A stretch of DNA of 63,380 bases, filler included, from Stramenopiles sp. TOSAG23-2 (GCA_900128395.1; 11 parts of 11 records of this genome joined end to end with filler, not necessarily neighbours in it); one strand, 5' to 3'. Positions 49,140 to 61,825 are shown, counted from the whole stretch's first letter. A program made the numbers and translations. Notes: generated by a model not told the origin, from the letters alone.

Positions 49140-52100
49140 ATGTCAAGGAATCAACAACGCTCGAAAAAAAAACAAAATTTTGACAATGTCAATGTAGTTG
49201 TACGTTGTCGTCCACAAAATAAGCGTGAGAAACGTGGAAAAGAAAGTGTTATCGTTCAATGCAATACGCAAAGCTCATCGATATCAGTCAATACAATGGA
49301 ACGTAAATCAAAGTTAACAAAACAATTTACTTTTGATAAAGTATTTAATCAATATGCAACACAAGAGGAGGTTTATACATCCGTTGTTGCTCCAGTAGTC
49401 CATGAAGTGCTTGAAGGATTCAATTGTACCGTATTTGCATATGGACAAACTGGTACTGGTAAAACACATACAATGGAAGGTGAAATTGACCATGCAGAGT
49501 TACAAGGTATCATTCCACGCGCAGTGGAGCATATTTTTGAAACGTTAAAATCACGAGAAGAAACAGAATATTCAGTTAAAGTTTCATTTTTAGAATTATA
49601 TAATGAACAACTAGAAGATTTACTTGTAAAAAGTTCATCATCTAATTCATCTGGCAATTCGATGATTCCAGATCCTGATGTTTCAGCACAACAACAATTA
49701 CGGTTATGTGTAGATAAACAAAAAGGTGTTGTCGTGCAAAATTTGGAAAATGTACTTGTTAATGAACCGAAAGATATTTATGAACAGTTACATTATGCAT
49801 TAAATAAGCGAAAAGTTAGTGAAACAAAGATGAATAAACAAAGTTCACGATCTCATTGCGTATTTACGATGACGATACATACGAAAGAATCAAATGGTGC
49901 CGGTGAAGATGTATTGAAAGTTGGAAAACTAAATTTAGTTGATTTAGCTGGATCAGAATGTGTTGGAAGAAGTGGTGCTACGGGTGATCGCAAACGCGAG
50001 GCTGGAAATATTAATCAAAGTTTATTAACTTTAGGTAGAGTCATATCTGCATTAGTTGAAAAACGTGGACATATTCCATACCGTGATAGTAAATTAACAC
50101 GCTTGTTACAAGAATCATTAGGAGGACGCGCAAAAACTACTATCATTGCAACTATTTCACCAAGTTCAGAGGCAAACGATGAAACCTTATCAACTTTAAG
50201 TTATGCTAGTAGGGCGAAGAATATTCAAAATAAACCTCAAGTCAATCAACGTATGACGAAACGAACTTTGATTAAAGAATATTGTGTGGAAATTGATAGA
50301 ATCAAACAAGAATTAATGGCAGCAAGGGAAAAGAATGGTGTATATTTGCCAAAAGATCGATATGATAATATGGTACAAGAGCTTTCAACTAAAACAACGC
50401 AAGTTACTGAATTGGAGGAAGCAATGGAAAGACGCGTTGCAGATTTACATGCAATGCAAAAAAAATTCAATATTACTGAAGAATTATTGCAAAAAACGAA
50501 GACAGAATTAGTTAACACGAAAGATGAATTGAAAGATACGACGATGATATTAGATGATCGTGAATCTGGATACGAAGCACTTTATGATAAGGCTGATTCC
50601 ACATTGGAAACTGGTAAAGATGCAATATCTGATGTATCACATTTACATTCAAAAGTAGAGCGTACTACAACTACGATTAATACAAATAAAAATGTAACAA
50701 ATGATTTTATCCTTTCAACGAAGAAGGAGGTGCAAAATTTATCAAATACATTGACAAATGCAAATAATAAATTTATGGAACAAAATAATATTGTTAAAAA
50801 TAATTTAACAGCATTTCAAAATGAAACGGAAACGTATACTGCAAATGTATTAAATGATATCAAAAGTATATCAAATCAATTTTCATCATTTTGCAAAGAT
50901 ATCAACAAACAAAGTAAAGCATGTAATAAAACATTTACGGAGGAACAGGATAATTTTATTAAAAATATGAATGATAAAATTAATTCGTTGAATGAAACTA
51001 TTGAAAATCATGCAGTTGAACAAAACAATTTTATTGAATCGCAAAATAAATTAGTTCAATCAACATTGAATAACCAAGAAGAATATTTTAATAACAAATT
51101 TACACCATCATTAACGACAATTACGGATAATTTGGAAAATTATCAACAATTATTCTTATCTAAAACGTTGAATAAATATGAAGACAAGGTAAACAACGTC
51201 ACTGCAAATATGATGGAAAGCAATGATACATTTAAAAATACGGTAAATGAGCATATTCAAGAACAAAATGATAATCATAATGAGCTAATGAAAAAGCATA
51301 TGGAATTATCAGCAAGTGAACGTAATGATTTGATGAAAAACATACAAAGTATGATTGAAACATTTCAAACTAAGCAAACAGAGCGATTTACAAATGTTAT
51401 TAATGAAAGTAAAGTATGTAATACGAAAACTTCAGAAATTGCAAATGATTACAATACGACGACGTTTAATTTTATTAAAGAAATCAAAGATGATGCAGAT
51501 AATTTTGTTACGACATCGAAAAATGAATTAAATAAATTTATAACGCAACAAAAGGATAGCATTATGAAAGCAAAGGAAGCTGGTAATGACAACTTTAACT
51601 ATCAATTGACAGAAGATATTACAAAATTAAGTACTGATATGAATGAATACAACTCAACAACATTTGTTAATTTTAAAGATGAGTTTAAAAGCAATATGGA
51701 TGGTCTAAATGAAAAATTTAATGAGGAAATGGAATCAACGAAGATATCATTTAGAGAGAAAATTGTTAACTTTGTGGAAATTATTAAAACGGAGAAAGAT
51801 ACATTTAATAATGTTATGAAAACCATGAAAAAAGACACCAATAATACCACGAAAACTTTTAAAAAGGCTTACGATGAAACGTATAATGGATTAAAAGTAA
51901 TGGAAGAGACACAGCAAGAACAACGTACTGAGTTTATAACGAAGCATATTGATACGATCATGGAATGTATTAATGATTTTTCATCTTCATTATCTGATGT
52001 TGTACCAACTGGTGCTACACCAATTAAAAAAGAATATGCACTACCTACTCCATTTAAAAAAATGGATCCAAGGAACATTGTATTAGCAAATCTTAAACGT

Positions 52101-52709
52101 ATTACTGGAACCGTAATCTTAACTGGTAGTGGAGATACCTCTATACCAAGTAGTCCAAGTGTTGTTAATACTGCAGAAAAGCAAGTGATTCTTAATGAAG
52201 TCGTAGATACAAGCACTGGAAACAACAGTGAAAGTGACAACATTGTTCCTTCGGATGTCGATGAAGAAGTAGCTGTTCCTCCTGTCGTTGAAATGGATGA
52301 TAATAACGATGGAACTAAAGTAGATGATGTAACTGTAAAAGTTGAGGATTCAAATATAAAAGAAAGTGAGATTAAAGAAGCAGTTACAGTAGAAGCGGGT
52401 AAAGAAGAAGCAAATGATGAAGAATCTAACAATAAAAGTAAGAAGAAAGTAAAAAAAACGGATGAAAATGATATACCATCACCAAGTTATCAAGAGCTTT
52501 TATCAAATAATTCAAAGAAGAAGAGAAATGCAAAAAACAATACTAAAAAAACAAGGAAAATGGTTTCATCGAGAAATAGTAATGGAAGCAACAGCGGTAG
52601 AAATAGCAATGGAAGAAGTAGTAAATTAAGAGCACCATCAACGAAAAGTGGAATTCCACAACGAACAAACAGCTCGAGTAGCATTTTAAGTGATAAATCC
52701 AATCATTAA
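49140..52709 (+). CDS. KIF11: Kinesin-5 (BimC/Eg5) mitotic motor
   Basis: VVVRCRP, YGQTGTGKTHTMEG, SSRSH, LVDLAGSE, HIPYRDSKLTRLLQ, neck AAREKNGVY, BimC box PTGATPIKKEY. Confidence 0.96.
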   Translation: MSRNQQRSKKKQNFDNVNVVVRCRPQNKREKRGKESVIVQCNTQSSSISVNTMERKSKLTKQFTFDKVFNQYATQEEVYTSVVAPVVHEVLEGFNCTVFAYGQTGTGKTHTMEGEIDHAELQGIIPRAVEHIFETLKSREETEYSVKVSFLELYNEQLEDLLVKSSSSNSSGNSMIPDPDVSAQQQLRLCVDKQKGVVVQNLENVLVNEPKDIYEQLHYALNKRKVSETKMNKQSSRSHCVFTMTIHTKESNGAGEDVLKVGKLNLVDLAGSECVGRSGATGDRKREAGNINQSLLTLGRVISALVEKRGHIPYRDSKLTRLLQESLGGRAKTTIIATISPSSEANDETLSTLSYASRAKNIQNKPQVNQRMTKRTLIKEYCVEIDRIKQELMAAREKNGVYLPKDRYDNMVQELSTKTTQVTELEEAMERRVADLHAMQKKFNITEELLQKTKTELVNTKDELKDTTMILDDRESGYEALYDKADSTLETGKDAISDVSHLHSKVERTTTTINTNKNVTNDFILSTKKEVQNLSNTLTNANNKFMEQNNIVKNNLTAFQNETETYTANVLNDIKSISNQFSSFCKDINKQSKACNKTFTEEQDNFIKNMNDKINSLNETIENHAVEQNNFIESQNKLVQSTLNNQEEYFNNKFTPSLTTITDNLENYQQLFLSKTLNKYEDKVNNVTANMMESNDTFKNTVNEHIQEQNDNHNELMKKHMELSASERNDLMKNIQSMIETFQTKQTERFTNVINESKVCNTKTSEIANDYNTTTFNFIKEIKDDADNFVTTSKNELNKFITQQKDSIMKAKEAGNDNFNYQLTEDITKLSTDMNEYNSTTFVNFKDEFKSNMDGLNEKFNEEMESTKISFREKIVNFVEIIKTEKDTFNNVMKTMKKDTNNTTKTFKKAYDETYNGLKVMEETQQEQRTEFITKHIDTIMECINDFSSSLSDVVPTGATPIKKEYALPTPFKKMDPRNIVLANLKRITGTVILTGSGDTSIPSSPSVVNTAEKQVILNEVVDTSTGNNSESDNIVPSDVDEEVAVPPVVEMDDNNDGTKVDDVTVKVEDSNIKESEIKEAVTVEAGKEEANDEESNNKSKKKVKKTDENDIPSPSYQELLSNNSKKKRNAKNNTKKTRKMVSSRNSNGSNSGRNSNGRSSKLRAPSTKSGIPQRTNSSSSILSDKSNH

Positions 52710-53225
52710 AAAGAAATTTTAAATATAAATTAATATATGTGTGGAGATTTTTTGGTCATTTATTTTATAATTGAATTATAAAACAAAATGATATTCCTGT
52801 TATACTGTTTGTACCACAAAAAGTATGATACAAAGAGAGTTAAAAATATATAAAAATGTGATGTACGAAAGACGTATCGGTATGCATATATTAATTTATG
52901 ACATTATACCAGGTACCATTTTTTTAAAAATAATAACACCCACCTGGGATTAAATAATTACGAAAAGTACATACTCTTTTCATACATATTACAATCACTC
53001 AAATTTAGAAAAATGAAAAAATGCATACGACGTACGAAAAAGGTTGTAAGTGTATAATGTATTACCGATTCGTACGAAATATTTTTTCGAATATCGTATT
53101 TTTTGAAAAAAATATTTTTTTTATGATACAGGAAATTATTTTACTGTAATACCTGGTAATTAATATATGTAATAACACAAGTTCACAACCATCCAAAATT
53201 CATATGATACCTCAAGCAAAATTCA

Positions 53226-53944
53226 TCATGCCATATTTAATTTTGATCTCATGCCAGCTAATACTTTTTTTAAATGTTCTAATGCTGGCGCATCATTCCC
53301 TGTACAATTTTCAGGTTTATATGGTGCTTCAACGACTAATTGTAAATCTTTCATGTGAATCATATTATTTTCCCCTCTCCATTCACAATTATATTGTTTT
53401 GCTAATGAGTCAAATAGTGCTTGTACTTCGTCTGTAATACCTTCACGTATACTTTTATCATTTTCTTCTACTCGTTTAACAGCTTCTTTGTATCTTTCCT
53501 CACCTAGTTTGAGGTCAAATTCTGGCAATAGCTCTAAGGTAGCATTGCCTTGTTTCAACAATTTTACACTTGTTATATAAAGCTGATTTATCATCCTAAC
53601 ATTTTTTTTTAGTGTTGTATATTCACGATTTTCATCTATATATATGTTGGTTTGGTTAGTTATTATTATGTTTGTATGATATGTATTCCATAAAATAGAT
53701 CAGAAAATGGTCATGAATCATGTGTTTATTGTGAATTGAGTATCATAATGCTGGGACCACTATTATCATCATGTATATTTTATGAGAAGTGTGTGTATAT
53801 ATATACATATAGGCATTACTTACGTAAAATCACAACACCAGTTGTTTCTTCAAAAGCAAATATTTCCCCTTTAATCACATCATTTTGTGAAGTAGTGATT
53901 TCTACAACATTTCCTATAACTAAATTAGCAGAAACAGTCGTCAT
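53226..53944 (-). CDS. LSM12: LSM12-like protein (Lsm + AD domain); exons 53944-53824 and 53635-53226
   Basis: Exon 1 IGNVVEITTSQNDVIKGEIFAFE; 188-nt GTAAGT..TAG intron restores the frame; AD domain QALFDSLAKQYNCEW..APYKPENC. Confidence 0.88.
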
Positions 53945-54214
53945 CGTCTGGATATATATATATATATATATATATCACAATTTACAACTACTCTTCCCCT
54001 ATGGTATTTACAATATATCTTAATCTATTTATATTATAATTATTTATTGGATTTTTTATTGATCAATGGTGCAATCCGTGGTGGTGCACGAAGAATGCAA
54101 ATCTTCCATTTTGTTTTTATGGCGGTTTGCGTTCCTTTTCTCGGTGGTATTGTAACAATTATAACTAATTACTATTGAAAATAATAATATATATAATACA
54201 ATGCTGTGTAAATG

Positions 54215-54400
54215 CTAATATGATACCCTGACAGGAACATGAAAATAACACACAGCTTCATGTAAAACATTACGGTTATCATTATTTTGTAATGAAATAT
54301 CATATTTAAGTTCATTCACTAATATTTTAGCATCACTTAATGTTAATATACCACGTTTACAAAAATTATATTTACTGCAGTGTTTTGTGTTGATATAGAT
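54215..54400 (-). pseudogene. Possible ankyrin-repeat gene remnant
   Basis: AKILVNELKYDISLQNNDNRNVLHEAVCYFHVPV resembles one ankyrin repeat; no ATG-led long ORF. Confidence 0.3.
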
Positions 54401-55070
54401 CATCAAATTACAATAGCAAATAATTTTATAACACCAACAATGCAAAGTGTTGGTAGTAGTAAATTAAATTATTTATAAATTTTTTTGCAACAGGGTGGCC
54501 CTCAAAGATAGATTCTAACCTGAATGACAAAAGTTGTACAGTGGAAGGTGCATTAACAATGTACAAGCAAGAGGAAAAAATGGATGTGCAACAACAATTG
54601 TGTATGGCATTCCAGAGGTACAAGATTGTACAGAAATAAATGCGGTTGAGGTTCTTCAGATTATTTTCAATGACAAGCGGTGTACAGTTGAATGGGTGAG
54701 ATAACTCATAATCAGTTTGTAGAAGCTATTGGCATCATGTGTGACAAGGAAAAGTTTTTACCAGTCATACATAAGCAAATCATCACAGTTTGTCAAAGTA
54801 CCTATCAAAACACTACTGTATAACTTATACTAAAATGGTTCAAATAATAATCCAAAAAAAAAAAACTACTAGTTGCACTCCTACAACAAGAAAAATGAAT
54901 GAACATGATATAATACTCTGTATAAATATAACGAAAAGAAATCATATTATAAATACTATATTTAAAGAAAGAAAAGTGATATAATTGAATATCATATATT
55001 ATATTTGTTGGAACATATTGTTATAATATAGTATACCTAGTAATAATTTATTATATACATATATATAAAC

Positions 55071-55528
55071 ATGATTAGGTCCGTAGTTCATTTAGCAAAG
55101 CGTGAAGTATCCGCATTACAAAAAAATACAAATAAAATGCAAATACGTTCGTTTGGTGGTGCAATGGGTGTGCAAAAATCTGGACATATTGAACAGTGGA
55201 ATAATTTACGTGAGGATACACATAAAGTAAGTACATATATATATATATACACACACTAACATTATCATAGGTATATGATTTTTTTCTACATATTTATGTA
55301 TACAATTATAAATATACACAAAGACATTAACTAACTGTAATCTTTATATAGACGTGGACATTTGATACAAATACAACACCAAAAGCTATTTTTTGGCTAC
55401 CTATCTTTTTTACCGGTATTTACATGTTATTTAAACAAGAATTCCAAACTCTTGACGAAAAAGCTGCGGCCAAAGGTGGGCGTGCAAATGCATATCAATT
55501 ACCAGCTAAAAAGTTGGATTATTTATAG
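55071..55528 (+). CDS. NDUFB4: Mitochondrial complex I subunit B15 (NDUFB4)-like; exons 55071-55226 and 55352-55528
   Basis: Spliced 110 aa: presequence, KSGHIEQWNNLREDTHKTWTF, one TM, EFQTLDE; resembles plant B15 from memory. Intron GTAAGT..CTAAC..TAG. Confidence 0.75.
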
Positions 55529-55951
55529 ATAAATTATTGTATGATCACATGCAAACACAGAAGATAATTACGTATAATATATATATGGTATATTAGTGTA
55601 TCAATATAAAATTAAATTCTTTTTTATCATAGTGTGTGTACAGAGAGAGAGATTGTATTTTGATGTGCGAAGTATGTGTGTCATACGAAGTAGTTTATTT
55701 TTTTTTAAAAAAGAAAAAGAGAGAAAATTTTATAAGAGATTTTTATTTTGTTTGCACACGTGTAATATGTACATGTTTATATGAAAAATAGACGTGTAGT
55801 ACGTATATATATATGTTCTCTTGTTTTTACGTTTCTGAATACATTCGTACGAATACGAGCACACGTAAATAGTCTAATCTCGTGTGTGTCTCCGCTCTCT
55901 TCTTCATGCTGCTGTTATAAACTATCATAATGTACAAACTATGATATACTC

Positions 55952-57158
55952 TCAATCAAATGTTTTATTATTAATTACATCTCTAACAGCATTGCGACCC
56001 ATTCCAGAATCATTACTATATTCATCTAACGCATCGTCATCATCATCTAAATTAAATCGACTATCACCGTTTCCATTATAACGTGGATGCGATGGCCTTG
56101 AACTTCGAAAACGTTGCTCTGGTGTTTGTCGCATTAAATATAATAATGCTGAACCTGGTATCCATACTGGTATCCAACTATCTAATGCAAGAAATAATAA
56201 AAAAACATTTGTATTTGGACCAGTTCCCCAATGTTTTAAAAATGTATTAAATGCAATAACTAAAACACGTGCACTAAAACATACAAAACAAAGACTCATA
56301 ATTGATACCAAACGACACATCATTGCTTTAAATTGTGCACTGTTACTTTGTTGATATCCAGCTACACTTTGTATACGATTCATTAAACTCAAACCAAAAA
56401 TGATTGCCATAAATGCCAACATCATTTGTGTAATCATTATACATACCATAAACTGTAAATATATACGTAGTATGTGTTAGAATGTGTAATTATATACATA
56501 ATTGATTGGAATCAAATATTATTTATTTGTCTGTACTTACAATTTTATAAAATGTATTTTCTTGAAATTTTGAACCTTCTTGTATATCTTCTTCCAACAA
56601 GACAATTGTTACCAACATACCTAAAAAAACAATGACATTGACAGATATCATTAAAAATTTCCAAAAACAACGTTCACGTATTTGCCTAACCCGTTCATCA
56701 CCAACACTTTCTACTGGATTTGCTACATTATGCCACTCATTTATAACAATTGTAAACGCACTGAAAAAAGTAACAAATGTACACATATGACATGGATATA
56801 AACTTACCCAATAATCTTTATCTGGATGAAATAAATTCATCCTTTTACTTGGCATATTTTTATCACCACCCATCATTAGTAATAATGTTTTATTTTTATT
56901 TGTATGAATATTAATTTTAATATTTGGGTTTGTTACCCATGCAAAATATTGTGGTAGTTCCAAAGCAAACGATAGCAACATTAAGACATGAAACAATAGC
57001 CGTAATTTAGTACCGGATGATATCACTGCCGTTTCACGCACCAATAATGGTTGTGATGCTTTTTTGTAATATAATTTATACAAGGAGTGAAATTGAATAT
57101 AAAGACGATATAAAGCTATCAAGGTTAAAATAATAAATCCAATTAAACCTATCGACAT
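55952..57158 (-). CDS. Multi-pass membrane protein, TOM1/THH1/GPR137-like; intron 56453-56540; possibly 5'-truncated
   Basis: Phase-0 GTAAGT..CAG intron joins two hydrophobic ORFs; FFSAFTIVINEW and CFVCFSAR motifs. Confidence 0.7.
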
Positions 57159-57258
57159 NNNNNNNNNNNNNNNNNNNNNNNNNNNNNNNNNNNNNNNNNN
57201 NNTTAATTAATTAANNNNNNNNNNNNNNNNNNNNNNNNNNNNNNNNNNNNNNNNNNNN
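57159..57258. other. Artificial contig linker
   Basis: N44-TTAATTAATTAA-N44. Confidence 0.99.
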
Positions 57259-57318
57259 AATTATCATGAGTAAATTAAAAATAAATTATGCGTAAATTAA
57301 ATTATATTAATATTATCA
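57259..57318. repeat. Dispersed repeat copy, cut by the contig start
   Basis: AATTATCATGAGTAAATTAAAAATAAATTATGCGTAAATTA matches the copies at ~28637 and ~34391. Confidence 0.85.
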
Positions 57319-57461
57319 TAAGTAATATTTAATAAAATATATAATTAATATATTATTTTTTAAAAAAATAAAAAAGAAAATTCTCTCGTAAAAATATATT
57401 TTTTATTTTTTTTTTTTAAAAATAAAAAAAAATAAAAAATAAAATAAAAAATGTCTCTCCC

Positions 57462-57776
57462 CTATTTCCTTTTAAATCTCAACATCATGACTTCTCCATT
57501 ACTATTTCGACCAACTTTATATGAGTTTATTTTACTTATGATATTATCATATGGTTCTTTATCAACCACGTCCGTATTGACAGCTATCAATAACTCTCCT
57601 ACTTTTACACCTCCCCTATCGCCATAACCACCATTGGATATTTCTCTAACTTGGACACCACCAATTTCACCAGGTATAGGTTGAAATTTCATACCTAAAG
57701 GCCCACCTTTAACTTCAACATCATATTCATCTTTTGCAAAATAATTGATTCCAGTCTTGCTGTTACTGCTTCCTGT
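57462..57776 (-). CDS. PDZ-domain protein, C-terminal part
   Basis: EYDVEVKGGPLGMKF..GVQVREI..GVKVGELLIAVN..YDNIISKI..MLRFKR; no in-frame ATG seen just upstream of the domain. Confidence 0.75.
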   Translation of the reverse strand, partial: TGSSNSKTGINYFAKDEYDVEVKGGPLGMKFQPIPGEIGGVQVREISNGGYGDRGGVKVGELLIAVNTDVVDKEPYDNIISKINSYKVGRNSNGEVMMLRFKRK

Positions 57777-58497
57777 TTTTTTACATATGACATATTTGTT
57801 ATTATATAACGAAAGAGTTGTTTATATTGTTCTATTATATATATGTATTATACGTAGACGACATAGACGAGACTCAACCGAATTCTTCTATAACTTATAT
57901 ATTATTTATCTATATCGGATGATTAAATAAGCACCAAATAAACAACCACCAGCAGCAAACAACAACTCAATAATCTTATTTATCATATTTTATTTTTTCT
58001 CAACTTGAACGCCTTTATCGCTTTAGCTTCTAGATTGTACTGTAATACCATACCAATTGAAGCTCTAGCAGGTAAACACAACGGGCCAGCCCTTTACCTT
58101 TGCCCCACCCCACATAGGGACGACAAAAAAAGATGATCATCCTTAATTAAAAATCAAGTAGAGCTACCACCAGGTAGGGTACTAAATAAAATGATGATGA
58201 AAGATGTAAAAAAATAAACATGAAAACATAACATATAAAAATACAATATTTTATTTATTCATGTACACATATATATACATAAATCATCTTCTTCATCTCA
58301 AATAATATAAAGCAAAGATAACAAAAGATAGCAAGTAGTCAAAAGATTTACTATACGCGCTGTCTAGTGTCTATATAATACATATATATATTATATACAT
58401 ATACATAACAGTAAAAAATATTAGGATGATGGATGGTGATGAATAATCTAAATTTTTTGAGGAATAATCTGAAGGTATTACGAGGTTCCGAGGAACC

Positions 58498-58714
58498 ATG
58501 GAAGCAGAAATTCCAATTGAATCGTTAAAGAAAGCAGAAGAGATTGCTCAGAAGAAAAAAGAAAAACGCGAGGCGAAGAAAAAAGCAAGTGAAGAGTTTA
58601 GAAGTCAATTTAATAAAGACGATGAAGATTATGATAATGATGGTATGTCTGGGAAAAATACAGGAAGCAGTAACAGCAAGACTGGAATCAATTATTTTGC
58701 AAAAGATGAATATG
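58498..58714 (+). CDS. N-terminal part of the same PDZ protein in inverted orientation, cut by the contig end
   Basis: Ends TGSSNSKTGINYFAKDEY; 58660-58714 is the exact reverse complement of 57722-57776. Confidence 0.7.
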
Positions 58715-58814
58715 NNNNNNNNNNNNNNNNNNNNNNNNNNNNNNNNNNNNNNNNNNNNTTAATTAATTAANNNNNNNNNNNNNNNNNNNNNNNNNNNNNN
58801 NNNNNNNNNNNNNN
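58715..58814. other. Artificial contig linker
   Basis: N44-TTAATTAATTAA-N44. Confidence 0.99.
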
Positions 58815-59562
58815 TTTCCAATTATTTTTAGACCATTTCCTCGATTTTCACAGATTTCCCCCATTGTTATGTGTGTTATTATTTATAGCATACACACAGG
58901 ATCGACTATTCTCACAAAACTTGATCCGATCTAACAAGAGACCTGATCAAAACACCTTAGTGTACAACAACAGTACTTAATTATATAGGTTTTTCTGCTT
59001 TTTTTATATGTGCGAGAAAAGTGTGTGAATCGCATTACAGACCGTAAAATGTATGGTTTTTACAGGGTTATCCTTAAAAATAATGTTTTTAATGCTGTAT
59101 GCATCCTATTTATAGCATGGGTATACCACTATCTAGCCAGAAATCCACCTCAGGGAAGGTGCCTGAGTATAATAAAACTGCACTAAGTTCAACTTTTGAG
59201 GGGGCAGGCTGGGCAGGCCCACAGGGGATATAATAAGGGATAATTGAAATAATGAGTGATAAGGACAATTTTACGCCACCACCAAGTTAGGTATAGTATG
59301 ATCTTTATAAAAGCACCTTAAAAAATAATACACGAATCGCCACGCACAAAACAAGCCCGAAAACAACAAACTTTTTTTTACAACTCTGATTTTATTTCAT
59401 CATTTATACACATGTGCACATGTGTGTTCATCACTCATAAAATAAATATATATTTAAAATATATATTATTATTTTCTTGTATAGAAATGTTAAGAAACAG
59501 GAAGAAATAATGTATGTATGTATTAATCCATTGAATACTATATATGTGTGCACTTCGTCAGT

Positions 59563-59586
59563 AGAGAGAGAGAGAGAGAGAGAGAG
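59563..59586. repeat. (AG)12 microsatellite
   Basis: Directly visible. Confidence 0.95.
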
Positions 59587-60270
59587 AACGATATCCTATA
59601 ATAATAATGGTATCATGTTTTTATTTTTTTTTACCATTGTTCTTTTTTTTCATTTATTTTCGTTTCTTGATTGGTTGGTATAGTACATATATGTATATAT
59701 TGCATATATATACACATCTACTTCTCCAACTTTCTATGGTCGGTCTATCTATCTGTAAATATATATGGAATATATTAAATTAACATAGTTATACATGTGT
59801 CCGGAGCACCGGACATCATCGTTTATTCATTTTTCCCATATTATTATATACTATAATAAATAGAACGCTAAGGCATTATGCACACCATCTTTTAACACTA
59901 CACATCATTGCCCATCCGAATATATTACTGAAAAGCACAAAACACAGCAATCACCAAAAGGTTTAATTTTACTTCATTTACGAAACGAAAAAAAAAGCAA
60001 AAAAGCAAAAAAGCAAAATTATTAATACCTTAAACAACCAAGCTCCTTAAATATGAAGGGGGTTTTTTTAATCCGATACGGTATATTTTTTGTGACTTTT
60101 TTTTTTGCCAGCCTTTTGGCCAGGTTTTAGTTTGTTGTTTGTTGTGCCAGTTTCAGTTGTTGTTTGTTGGCAACTTTGGTGCTTTTGTTGTATTATATAA
60201 AAAAAATAAATAAAATAGAGAATGTAAATATCATCTTCCTTTTTTTTTTCTCTCTCTCTCTTTGTATAGG

Positions 60271-60370
60271 NNNNNNNNNNNNNNNNNNNNNNNNNNNNNN
60301 NNNNNNNNNNNNNNTTAATTAATTAANNNNNNNNNNNNNNNNNNNNNNNNNNNNNNNNNNNNNNNNNNNN
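60271..60370. other. Artificial contig linker
   Basis: N44-TTAATTAATTAA-N44. Confidence 0.99.
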
Positions 60371-61259
60371 TCTCTGGTTTCATTTGTTGAATAACAATAA
60401 CATTACCATTCCTATCAAATACAAAGTCTTTACCTTTCAATTCTTTCATCAATTGCTCATGTTTTTCTTTTTCTTCTTGCTCACGTAACTTAGCTTCTTC
60501 TAAACGTTTTTGTATTTCTGCCTCTGCACGTTCCATATCACGAATAGCACGCAATCGCGCTCTTTCCTCTGGTGGCAAGCGTCTCTTCTCATTGCGCTTA
60601 TCATCTTTACTTTTCTCCTCTGGCGCATCAAGTTCACGAATACGACTTTCTAAGGTCATACCTTTCTTTTTTGATCGGCCACCACCAAGTTTACTACGTG
60701 CACTTTGACGTGTAGATACACCTCTGCGAGAACCACGTGTTCTTGCTGTACCAGCATCACTTGGTGCTTTTGAACTTTCAGCGATTGGCAATGGATTGTA
60801 TTTCACAGGCTTGTTACGTATATTCATTGCCCCAGATGCCCATGAATCGATTGGTGCAGGCATTGTTTCCTGCTCTGCTGTCCACCTTTCCTTGCTGCTG
60901 CTATTGTCATTATTACTACTATCATTATTATTGTTACTATTATTATTATCATTATTATTATTGTTATTATCATTTACATTATCGACTATTGTTTTTGTTA
61001 TTGCTGGTACTTCATCTTGAAGGATATTAATCTCACCAGTATCTTTTCCACGATACATCCAATTTACAACTTCCAAAACATCTTTGATTACCTTCCTAGA
61101 TGAATATGGAACTTCTCGTGATTTTAAATAATGTTCATATAGTTTTTCCCCACACGTATCGACTAAATTATTCACAACTTCCACTGCAACAGTTTGTCCA
61201 GCAATTTTATCCTCAATCGCATCTTGTTCCAATTGTTCTGGTGTTCTTTCCTCCGCCAT
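60371..61259 (-). CDS. Conserved hypothetical protein (possibly C2orf81/DUF4639-like), 3'-truncated
   Basis: WTAEQETMPAPIDSWASG motif, VPYS helix, FVFDRNGNVI; poly-Asn tract. Confidence 0.7.
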
Positions 61260-61825
61260 TACTTTCTTGCTCTCTTCCTTTTACCTTGTTGCTATTATTA
61301 TTATTATTATTCTGGTACGATTCTCCACGTAACTAGAATTCCTCTACTGTATATTTGTTGATCCTCTCTTTTTCTTACACTCCCCCTGGAGCCAGCAATA
61401 AATTAATAAATATCTGTATATATATTTTGTAATCATAAAAATATTTATTATTATTTTGAGGGGCCTCTTGTATGATGGTGTGTAGTGCTGTTTGCCAATG
61501 CCGGGGCGTTTTATGATCAACGGAAATCTTAAAAAAAATCTTGTTGGTGTAAGAATGTGATGCACAATGCTATGTCCATGTAATTACCAAAGAAACAAAA
61601 ATTCCTTAAAAAGAAGATCGAAAATAAAATCAGTATAGCAGGTAGCAGGCAATAACACACCAATTAGCTAGCAGGCGATAGCGCCAGTGGAATTGGAGCG
61701 TGGAATTTGAGTGAAAACCTTGCGTATTATTCTAATTATATAAATGAAATATAAATGATATACTGATATGAATTATGTATAATCATCTTTTTTTTTTAGA
61801 AACACTCAATACGTTATATGTATAA

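Noticed and set aside
5758-52709. Apparent cell-cycle cluster (3R-MYB, CDK1, kinesin-5)
   Set aside because: The genes lie on separate contigs concatenated by length, so adjacency carries no information.
59149-59297. RNase P RNA-like GGGAAGGTGCCTGAG
   Set aside because: No convincing CR-V at a suitable distance and no other conserved regions.
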